From Hamiltosporidium tvaerminnensis FI-OER-3-3 (taxonomy: Eukaryota > Fungi > Microsporidia), in NCBI GenBank assembly GCA_022605425.2, contig JAKIMF020000001.1:620001-684000 (forward strand): a stretch of 64,000 bases of DNA, in the 5' to 3' direction. Each line of letters begins with the position of its first letter. Within the stretch, counting starts at the first letter, position 1. The notes under the pieces are model-generated. The model had not been told where the DNA came from and ran no database searches. It saw nothing but the letters and a program-made list of their open reading frames with translations. Made by a program: the position numbers and the translations under genes. Shown one piece after another: positions 51,765 to 60,796 of this stretch.

Positions 51765-52858
51765 TCAGCTTGAGGTGTTCCTTCTAAACATATAACTTTC
51801 ACAATATCATAAAGATATTTGTGAAGAGTTGTAAGTTTCTTAATGAAAAAATTGTAAATACCATCAATTCCAGCAGCTTTCCAATTGGGAAGCCAATTAA
51901 TGATATTTACAAATTCATCAAGTGAAGGAAACATGGTCGGATGATTATCTGATACAAATGGAATCAAATAATCATCGTACGTGACTGTGTCATCATTTTT
52001 GTTCCACATTGTAGACCAAAAACTCACAATTTCATCACGGCTAACCACATGCTCGGATTCCACACGCTCGGATAACCCACGATAAAATCGACCTCGGAAA
52101 AGCTCAAACATACGATTCTCTTTTCGGAATTGCTTCCTACTTTCATGCATCGTAATTTTTTTCTCGTAAACATTCAAAGACTCATTCTTCTTAACTAAAG
52201 CCTCAGAAAGATCAGTTACGCTGCTCAAGTTTAAATTAAACTCTCGCATGATTTTCTTAAGGCTCTTCGTTTCCGAAGTGGAGAGCTTTTCCTGCTTACG
52301 AGCTTTCTCGAGGAGATCTTTGGAAAGTACTAACTTAGAAATTTTATTTTCTATGTTTTCCTTCCAAGCGGATCTAGGCTTCTCTTTACGTGTTGCCTCG
52401 TCATAGCATACCTGCGCAGCTTGCATGATATACGCGGCTTCCGTAATTGACTCAGGTACATGAGCTCCTGCATATTCACCGACTACTCGATTTATGAGAT
52501 CCAGAACTTTACTATCAACCAATTCATTTGGATGTTTTCTAGTTCGGACCACCACTTTTCCAATTTGGTTCTCAGAGATTTCTTTGATTTTACTCAAGAA
52601 TTTATCTCTCAGGTTTATGTACTCCGTGGTGTCGGTCAAGGTGCATGTATCAGCGAGACAAGTGGCGATTCTACGTCGCTCTCCATTCTCTTCTGATTTT
52701 ACATCCTTTCCCATCTCACTTTGTGCCAATTTTTTTAACACTTCGAGAGTTTCAGTGCAGCCGAATTTCTCATTATAGTACCTGTGAAGCTCTGTCCAGC
52801 CATTTCTTGGCATTCTTTCAAACCTTGTCTGTACTGCAAAAAAACAATTCGAGGCCAT
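51665..52858 (-). CDS. N-terminal part of the retrotransposon ORF
   Basis: FWSTMW, LPNWKAAGIDGI, GLTYLIPK (RT region 0/1); joins the RT frame if one base is restored near 51720. Confidence 0.85.
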   Translation of the reverse strand: MASNCFFAVQTRFERMPRNGWTELHRYYNEKFGCTETLEVLKKLAQSEMGKDVKSEENGERRRIATCLADTCTLTDTTEYINLRDKFLSKIKEISENQIGKVVVRTRKHPNELVDSKVLDLINRVVGEYAGAHVPESITEAAYIMQAAQVCYDEATRKEKPRSAWKENIENKISKLVLSKDLLEKARKQEKLSTSETKSLKKIMREFNLNLSSVTDLSEALVKKNESLNVYEKKITMHESRKQFRKENRMFELFRGRFYRGLSERVESEHVVSRDEIVSFWSTMWNKNDDTVTYDDYLIPFVSDNHPTMFPSLDEFVNIINWLPNWKAAGIDGIYNFFIKKLTTLHKYLYDIVKVICLEGTPQADWFYCGLTYLIPKGIPQEALTTGQSLVCPTSIS

Positions 52859-53232
52859 TCCTTCGGGTCGGCTGTTACGGAATCGAATATCGTCCGCAAT
52901 GCCATTAGCCTGTTACCTTCCGGAATAGCTAGAGTACAGGGGCTTGTCATGTCGTACGATGGCTCGCACGCAGAGACTTCAACCGAAGAGGGAACTGGTG
53001 TATTAGGCGAAGGTAAGGTGTCAAGCCCACTATTTTGCATTTTACTGCATGTTTGGCTTGGTGGTGGAGGTGTTATTGTTGTGTAGGAGGAGGAAGGTAG
53101 GGGAATCGCCGGTGGGTGTAGCTTACATTTTTGTATCTCACTATCACTCTTTTTCACCTCATCAGCGTCGTTTGCAGCCTTTATTTTGGTATTATTCGAT
53201 ATTTCGCTGCTAACATTTTTCTTTCTACCCAT
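52735..53232 (-). CDS. Pro/Ser-rich upstream ORF inside the retrotransposon
   Basis: ATG lies 9 nt inside the 5' boundary set by the TSD; overlaps the next ORF. Confidence 0.5.
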   Translation of the reverse strand: MGRKKNVSSEISNNTKIKAANDADEVKKSDSEIQKCKLHPPAIPLPSSSYTTITPPPPSQTCSKMQNSGLDTLPSPNTPVPSSVEVSACEPSYDMTSPCTLAIPEGNRLMALRTIFDSVTADPKEWPRIVFLQYRQGLKECQEMAGQSFTGTIMRNSAALKLSKC

Positions 53233-53241
53233 ATAAATATT

Positions 53242-53415
53242 TTAAATACAAATAATATTTAAAAGAATAAATTATAAATCAGAGAATAACTAAAATCTTA
53301 AATACAAATAATATTTAAAAGAATAAATTCAAATTAAAAAGAATAAAATATATCTCAAAGAATAAATTATATCTCAGAGAATAAATTAATATCTCAAAGA
53401 ATAAATTAATATTAA
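53242..53415. repeat. AAAGAATAAATTA-type minisatellite (continues at 49300-49429)
   Basis: Same ~19-bp units on both sides of the retrotransposon. Confidence 0.85.
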
Positions 53416-53449
53416 AAAAACACCTTTTTTTTATTTTTAAATTACAAAT

Positions 53450-53719
53450 CTATATTTCCCGTATATTTTTATGTTTAAGTTTATAACTTTGAAAAGAATC
53501 AAACAACTGTTCAACTCTACGACTATAAGAATAATTAAGAGGTACTGTTACACTAGTATCACTATTATCTATTACATTAGGTACAGATAAATCTCTAAGT
53601 GCTGTTCTCTTACGAACATCCTTTTTCTTACTACGTGGGGAATATACATGTCTCTTTGGATCTAAATTTTCTTTATCTGGGTTTTCTTCTTCTATAAATG
53701 AATCATAAGTAAATCTCAT
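53450..53719 (-). CDS. Small KEN-box + D-box protein (securin/APC-C regulator candidate)
   Basis: DKENLDP and RTALRDLS; CCC-ATG start. Confidence 0.65.
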   Translation of the reverse strand: MRFTYDSFIEEENPDKENLDPKRHVYSPRSKKKDVRKRTALRDLSVPNVIDNSDTSVTVPLNYSYSRRVEQLFDSFQSYKLKHKNIREI

Positions 53720-53759
53720 GGGTGTTTTTATAAATTTCAGGTGTATTTATTGTTTTAAT

Positions 53760-53794
53760 GGCGGTAAAAAAGGCGGTAAAAAAAGGAGGGAAAA
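53760..53794. promoter_or_regulatory. Tandem E2F-like sites
   Basis: GGCGGTAAAA x2 plus GGAGGGAAAA, 41-75 bp upstream of the ATG at 53719. Confidence 0.45.
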
Positions 53795-54292
53795 ATATAA
53801 AGAATAAAAGAATATAAAGAAATATTTTTTAGTAAAAAGTAAAGGTTAGTAGGGGAATAAATAATATACCAGGAGAATATAAGAAAGAGGTGTATTAGAT
53901 GTGTAATATGTAAAGATATAAGTAAGTTGTAAAAGAAATATTAAAGAAATAGAAAGGTAGAAATGGAAAAGGAAGAAATAGAAAAGTATAAGATTACAAT
54001 AAAAATATTAGAAAAGTAGAATTAGAATATAGAAAATATTAAAACATTTAGATCACAATAAAAATATTAGAAAAATAGAATTAGAAAATAGAATTAGAAA
54101 GGTATAAGATTAGAGAGTATAAGATTACAATAAAAATATTAGAACAGTATAAGAATATAATAATAAAAGATTAGAACAGTATAAGATTATAAAAATTATT
54201 CTAAAAAACTATGACTTCTTATATTCTTAAATATTTTTTATATCTTCCTGACCTTCTATTTTTCTATAAATAAAATATTAAAATGAACCCCT

Positions 54293-54640
54293 ATGAATAC
54301 CAAAGAAATAGGTGTGGTTGTTTTATTTGTAGGTGTGGTATTTTTTATAGCTGGTGCTACTTTTTTATTAGACAAGGCACTGATGGTAGCAGGTAATATA
54401 CTATTAATAGTTGGTATTCTATTTCTTATAAAAACAAAAACTATTTATATTTTTTCGTATGAAAAAATACAGGGAATTTTGCTTTTTTTGTTTGGTTTTT
54501 TTATACTTTTTTTTAAATATGTTTTTATAGGATTTTTATTTGAAAGTGTGGGAATTTTTTATTTATTTTATGATAAAATTCCTACTTTCAAAGGTATTTT
54601 AAGAGGAGTAGTTTATAAATTATTTAGGTATATGAGGTAG
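54293..54640 (+). CDS. GOT1: Got1 vesicle transport protein
   Basis: KEIGV...G..FF..G..FLLDKALMVAGNIL; four TM helices. Confidence 0.88.
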   Translation: MNTKEIGVVVLFVGVVFFIAGATFLLDKALMVAGNILLIVGILFLIKTKTIYIFSYEKIQGILLFLFGFFILFFKYVFIGFLFESVGIFYLFYDKIPTFKGILRGVVYKLFRYMR

Positions 54641-54904
54641 GTTGAGAGATTATAGAATGTGTTTGATTAGAGATATGAAGGGATTTATAGATTATTCAGG
54701 TATAAGAGGTAGGTAAGGAGATTATAGAATGTGTTTAGATGAGGGATATGAGTAGTGAGGTATTAGATTATTTGTCTAGATTATTTATGTATGTGAGTTG
54801 GGGTATAAAGATTATAGAATGTGTTTAGATGAAGTATTAAATTTATATTTTAAATGTTTTTTTTAACTGGAAGATGGTGTGTTGCTTAACGATAAAGTTT
54901 CGGA

Positions 54905-55610
54905 AATAGGAAGGGTATAAAAACTATCTGCTTGGCAATGAGTATGTGAAATGGAAGTGAAAAATATTTTTGTTTTTTGGTAGGAATAAAACCACACTAT
55001 ATTTTCAATTGACTCATTGGAGTTTTTATATAGAAAAGATGTGCTATAGAATAGCGAAATTATTTTTAGAAAAGTTAGTTTTTAGTTTTTTATGTAAATA
55101 GATTCTATATCGTGTCTGAATCTGTAAGTAATTGCTTTGTAAAAGCATGGAAACCTAGTCTTGATCACTCGAGTTATAAGAATTTGCACCTTGGTCATAC
55201 AACAAAACCTACACATTTAATGAACAGGTGTACTAAGTGGCAAGTTATACACGTTGGTATGACAATTAATTCTCTAGTTAGACTTCATGTAAGTCTCTGA
55301 GATATATCTTAGCTAGAAGTTTATTAAGTTCAGAAATTCTAGAGTAAATAGGAATGCTGCATGGTTTTAGAGGAGCCCGAATTATGCTTTGACCTATAAT
55401 GCGTACAATGCAATGGACAATAACATACATCGGGGAATTTTCTTATTCATTAAATAGGTTCTATACTGTCTTTGTATTAAAGCATTTCAAATTATGGCAT
55501 CGTAAGGATACTAATGGTGATTTAGAAGAGCAGTAATCTATGTTAAATTTATAAGGGCGTTAATGACAAAAAAACAATGTAACGGGTGTCACTATTTTAA
55601 AAAGATGTGA
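54905..55610 (+). repeat. Dispersed ~700-bp family, copy C
   Basis: Inverted relative to A/B; ends AAAAAGATGTGA like copy A. Confidence 0.85.
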
Positions 55611-55858
55611 TTTTTTTTAAATAAAATTCTTTGGATATCATTTATAATATTAAAATGTTTATAAATAACAGAGATTGAAAAAAATGGTAGAAATAAGGTT
55701 TTTTCAGAATAAAATATAAAAAAATATAATTGAATCATACAGATACTAGTTTAAATACAAATAAAACATAGACTAATAATATATAATACAAACATAATAC
55801 TATAAAACTACGAACAGAATACAAAGACATGATTTGTATTTACATTTATTCAAAAAAA

Positions 55859-56113
55859 TTATGCGCCAATTCTACTCTTTACAGTTTTTTTTCCGTCTGA
55901 AACAACTTTTTTAGCATTCCAATCTGTTGTATCGTCTCCTGCTTTTTTATCCGAGTCAGATTTGGTCTTATTGGAATCCTTACCTGTGTTCATATCTGGT
56001 TTATTTGATCTTCCTTTTTTGAATGCCCATACTCCTAACCAAATAACTACTATAATGGCTATTATAGCAATTAAAGCAACAGCTATCTTCTTTCCTACGT
56101 TGTTGTCTGCCAT
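55859..56113 (-). CDS. Small single-pass membrane protein, 84 aa
   Basis: IAVALIAIIAIIVVIWLGVWAF TM segment followed by a K/D-rich tail. Confidence 0.75.
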   Translation of the reverse strand: MADNNVGKKIAVALIAIIAIIVVIWLGVWAFKKGRSNKPDMNTGKDSNKTKSDSDKKAGDDTTDWNAKKVVSDGKKTVKSRIGA

Positions 56114-56978
56114 AAAATTTGTATTTTTTTTGTTCTTATATACTTTTAAATATCAACAAATTTATCAACAGAATATACTAGTATTATTAATTTATCAAAT
56201 ATATGTCATATCAAATAAATTAATAATATTTAGGATTTAGATATCTAGATAGAGATATAGAGTATTCGAAGTAGGGTAAATGGTCATATAAGATAGATGA
56301 TATGGGATAGGATGGTACAAGTGATGTATTTTGCGAATAATGTAGATGGTCATAATATATGTGGTGAGATATTTAATTATAGATTGATCTATTGTAGTAA
56401 TTTAATATATAATATATTAATGGTAATATAATATTAATTTAATATTTATTAAATGTGATATTTAAATATATTTTGATCACTTAATACAAACATTTAATAA
56501 AAGAAAGTAATTAAATTATAAATTGATAATTAAAAATATTGTAAAAAAATACTTTGATATTTTATATCTGATGGATCTTTAAAAATGATCTTAAAAATTA
56601 AGTATTTACAAACTGGGAATTCAAAAATATTTCATATCTGTGAATTGATAAATAAGAGATGTCTATAAAGAATAATATTATAATAGTAAAACATTATAAA
56701 AATAAATTTAGAAATATAATAAAAAATAATTAACAGAAAAAAATATGAAAGGTAAAATTTTTATCTTTTTAAGCTATTTACTAATATATAATTCTTATTT
56801 AAAGAATTAAAAACGAATAATAATAATGTAAAGGTAGTAATTAATGAATACCTTGCGATTAGAATAAATGTAAGAGAATAAGAAAGGTAAATATTTATCA
56901 TAAAATTTTCAAGAACTAAAAATATTTTATAAAGAAAAATAAAAGATGAAAGAAATATTTTTTATTATAAATTTACAT

Positions 56979-57563
56979 TTAGAAAAAGGAATTATTTTTA
57001 TCGTTACCGGGTTTTTTTAAATTATCTGGGTCGGGGTTGGCTCCTGCTTTCTTATCTTTACTTGGAACAAAAGGATCAAATCTTGCCAGTGGTGGTACGT
57101 CTGGTGTTGGCTCTTCATCATCTTTTTTACTTTTATCTACCCTAGATCTAAATAATTCATCATCTTCTGTGACAAACATTCCACCTTTAGGTGAATAAAA
57201 ATTAGGTCCAAAAAAGGAACCATAAGGAGAAAATCCCGTAGGATAAAGATCATTTTCGCCAACACGACTAAAACTTTTGTTTGGTGAAAAATCAAAATCG
57301 TATCTGTTACTACTCAAAGTTTCTAAATTTTCTGATTTCGATTTAATAAAAGACAGCCCTTCATAATTTAAATCTTCCGGTTTTTCTTTTTGGTTTAGAG
57401 GTAACGACTTTTCAAAAAATTCCATAAATTTATCAAAATCTACTGTTTCACTTCGTGAAAGTAAATATGAACGGTTGTTACCTGTTATAAGAAACTTATC
57501 CTTCTCTATTTCTTGTACTTTAAATTTCTTCTCAACCTTCTTTAAAAAATCATCAAAATCCAT
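56979..57563 (-). CDS. PSMF1: PI31-like proteasome inhibitor
   Basis: VGENDLYP, GGMFV, PPLARFDPF, PDPD, C-terminal SFF (HbYX-like). Confidence 0.8.
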   Translation of the reverse strand: MDFDDFLKKVEKKFKVQEIEKDKFLITGNNRSYLLSRSETVDFDKFMEFFEKSLPLNQKEKPEDLNYEGLSFIKSKSENLETLSSNRYDFDFSPNKSFSRVGENDLYPTGFSPYGSFFGPNFYSPKGGMFVTEDDELFRSRVDKSKKDDEEPTPDVPPLARFDPFVPSKDKKAGANPDPDNLKKPGNDKNNSFF

Positions 57564-58024
57564 TGAAGGGATACTTTTTTAAATAATATTTTTACCTTTT
57601 AAAAGGAGAATCATTATATTTTATAGGTAAGCAACCAATTATTTATTAGAAGTTCTTAAAACAGGAAATTAAATTGTTTTAAAAAATCTTTTATTTTTAT
57701 AAAAATAAATCGTAAGAGAATTTATTGAAAAGGAAATAAATTTGTTTTACAATTGTATTTCATTTCATAAAAATAAATTTTAAAAGAATTTATTGAAAAG
57801 TAGAAATTTTAAAAAAAACTTTATAAAATTTATTTAAATCAAATTATTTTTACACATTTTAAAAGATATTGTAATTGACAATATTCAACTATGTGATTTA
57901 TAAACAATTAATAACAAGTTCCCTCTTGCTTTGTTTACTCAACTGATAAAATTCGTAGAAAAATTATCTTATATGTTTAAATTTTAAATTATTTTACTTA
58001 TTACTTCGTATAAAGTTACTAATT

Positions 58025-58262
58025 GACCTCACCATGCCGGAACAGAATTGGCTTGGGGTATTCTTGCTTGTCTTAAGAGGCGACTAAAAGGGACTGATCC
58101 CTCATGTTGGGGCTGGGCGTAGAGCTAACAACCCACCCTTTAAAACTACCTGTTACGAAACCCGAAAAAAGCAAACAAATCCACTGGAAAAATACCGGTG
58201 GGCGATATTACTATGAGAGGCCAAGGCTTGCATAGGGCTGTAGTGCCAAGGATGAACTAATG
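58025..58262 (+). mobile_element. Non-autonomous RTE-derived SINE-like element, copy 2
   Basis: TSD AAAG(T/C)TACTAATT at 58012-58024 and 58263-58275. Confidence 0.85.
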
Positions 58263-59821
58263 AAAGCTACTAATTATTATTTTAATCTCAAAAAAAGAGA
58301 TGTAGCAAAATAAATTAAAGGGATTCATTTCTATCAATACACCTGTAATATATTATTCTTAGATTGCAAATCATTAATATAATTGATTTAAAAAAATTAT
58401 TTACAGAGTTTTATTAGAATTATATAAACGATTTCTTTTGTTTAAGATTTATGGCAAGTTATATTAATCTTCGTTGCTTTATTCTTGTGTGTTTGTAATT
58501 TATGCCTCAATTTAAATTTTTGTAACAAACCAAATTTTTTAATATTGTATTTTACTTTACATACTTCTTTTTTTAATTGTAAAGTATTGTATAATATATT
58601 TAATCTTTGGCTGTGTTTTGGCTTTCTAAAAGTATTTCGAGACACACTAATACTCTCGGCAAGATTAATACAGTTTAAAATATTTTGCGAATTTGATGAT
58701 TTAATTTTAAAAAGTATAAATTTTGAAATTTATTTTTGGGAATAACCAAAGAATCAATCTACTGTTTTCCAAATACTTTGTTTTTTAGAGCTGAATTCTT
58801 AATAATCATAAGACAAATATATTAGTAGAACACTTTATTTGCAAAATTTTTAGTTTTTTTCTATTTCTTGATTTGAATTAATAAAATAAATTCGAGAAGT
58901 TATACCTAATTTTATGAGCAATATAGTGATTTTTTCATTTAAGAATAAATATTGCGTTCAGTATTTGTTATATCTGCTTCTAATTATATTTTCATGGTAT
59001 TTTACTATTTTAGATTAATTTGTGGAATCTTTGTGGAATGAAATGCAAAATGTTTAAGAAGATCCGAGATTTAATATATGCAGCAAAACATGCCACAGAA
59101 AATTTTTATATTTGAGCAATATATATGCAATATGGAATTATATCTATTGAATTCAATCACTACATTTCTAACCAAAATTTTAGTATCTCCAAATTATGAA
59201 GAATACTTTCTAAATTTTTAAATATACTTTCGTCGTATTTAGCTATTAAAATGTTTAATAAGCAAATTTGCTCTTGTTCCCTTATAATTTTTTACCTCAG
59301 TTAAAATATCTGGATCATTCAATTTATTTTATATTATTATGAAGTATCAATCTCATGATATAACATTGATTTTTTCATGAAGATATTTAAATAGTTTCTA
59401 ATTGAGCAATATGAATGAATATTAAATTAAAATTCCGCATGGCTAGCTACAAGCTTTTATTTAAATGTGAGGAATATTTTTTATTCAACATATCTTCCTC
59501 CTACAAAAAATTTAAAAAGTTTTGTAATCACAAATAAGGAACAGCCAATCAAAAAAACTTATCTTCGACGAAAAGCTGGCTTAAGATAAACGAAGATCGA
59601 GCTTTAGTAAAATCAGTGAAGCATAACGAGGTTTATTTTCATTACCAATATTATTTTACGAGTATATTTAAAACAACGATATAAATATATTGAATTAACT
59701 TTTGTGAGAAAATAAATTATTTTTAATCAAATAAAAATCAATTTTGAAAATATGTAGGCAATAAAGATATAATTATATAAACAATTTAACAATTAGGCAA
59801 AATATTACGTTTTAATGTAAT

Positions 59822-60796
59822 TTAGTTATTTCTCTCGTTATAGCCGTTTATTCCCGAGATAATTGCACCTATGGAAGATATAAATCCAGAATTACTTATA
59901 AATATAGGATTAACTTTTTGATTGCTTAATTTGTTAGTAATTTCTGATATTTTCTTAATTATACAATCTTCTGTGCAAAAATAGCCAGTAAAAACCAGGG
60001 AACTTGAATTTGTTCTTTCATATTCATTTAAGCATATATATATTATATTATTAAGAATCATATGCAATATCGATGATAAAATATCGTCATTTCTGAAATC
60101 AGATTTTTGATCAACTGATAATTTACCTAGTGATATCAAAATACTATTATCAAGTTCTGTTTCTTTTAAATTATCTTGGTTTGAAAAAACATCAGAAAAT
60201 CCTAAATCTACATTTTCATTCTTGCCTCTTTCTAATAATTCAAAGATTTCTTTAAATTCTACATCTTTAATGAACAACTTTGCAAGACCGAAAAAGGTAG
60301 CTCCGCCTATCGGAAGACTTGCTATATTGGTATATCCATCCACATCTGTTTTAATTATTGATACACCAGTACCTATATAAATCACAAGACATGGTCCTTT
60401 TGTTTTTACTGTTTTTTTCTTATTTTTTTCATATAGAAAAAAATTCCCAATGTTATTTTCAAGCAAACACTCCAATCCTTTGTAGATAGCTTTTATTTTA
60501 GCAACGATAACAATATTTTTTGTGTCAAGTTTTAATTTTTCAATGTATTTGTGAAAATTTCCTACTGTCAAGTAGATTTTAACATCTTTATTTTCAAGCA
60601 TCAGCATTTGATTCAAAAGATCGAGGTTCTTAGATTTAAAAGATATCAATTCGAAATACAAATTATTACTTTCGATTGATAAAAAAGCAATTTTAATAAT
60701 ATTTACTCCTATATCTATACCTATTGCATTTTTAAAATTATTTATACCCGAAGAATTAATATATTTACTCGAAATAGGTATTTTTCTTTTTTCCAT
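59822..60796 (-). CDS. Type II pantothenate kinase homolog with degenerate catalytic motifs
   Basis: IGIDIG..IIK, PCLV..IGTGVSII, IGGATFFGL, G.NENVDL. Confidence 0.8.
   Translation of the reverse strand: MEKRKIPISSKYINSSGINNFKNAIGIDIGVNIIKIAFLSIESNNLYFELISFKSKNLDLLNQMLMLENKDVKIYLTVGNFHKYIEKLKLDTKNIVIVAKIKAIYKGLECLLENNIGNFFLYEKNKKKTVKTKGPCLVIYIGTGVSIIKTDVDGYTNIASLPIGGATFFGLAKLFIKDVEFKEIFELLERGKNENVDLGFSDVFSNQDNLKETELDNSILISLGKLSVDQKSDFRNDDILSSILHMILNNIIYICLNEYERTNSSSLVFTGYFCTEDCIIKKISEITNKLSNQKVNPIFISNSGFISSIGAIISGINGYNERNN

Larger units (their letters stand above)
49430..53241 (-). mobile_element. Apparently full-length RLE-type (R4/NeSL-like) non-LTR retrotransposon
   Basis: RT plus CCHC plus PD-(D/E)xK endonuclease; 12-bp TSD TTAAATACAAAT at 49418-49429 and 53242-53253; inserted in a minisatellite. 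Confidence 0.95.

Noticed and set aside
51700-51765. Programmed frameshift between the retrotransposon ORFs
   Set aside because: It falls inside the conserved LIPK..DYRPI RT motif with no slippery heptamer; one missing base (CCA ACA -> CCACA) explains it as mutation or sequencing error
52836-52850. T7 run as the -1 frameshift site fusing the upstream ORF to the main ORF
   Set aside because: Possible, but the residues just before it in the downstream frame (MASNCFF) already resemble R4-type N-terminal motifs; undecidable from one copy
50524-53086. Multiple short alternative-frame or antisense ORFs in the retrotransposon (also 13512..13865)
   Set aside because: Shadow ORFs of higher-GC coding sequence
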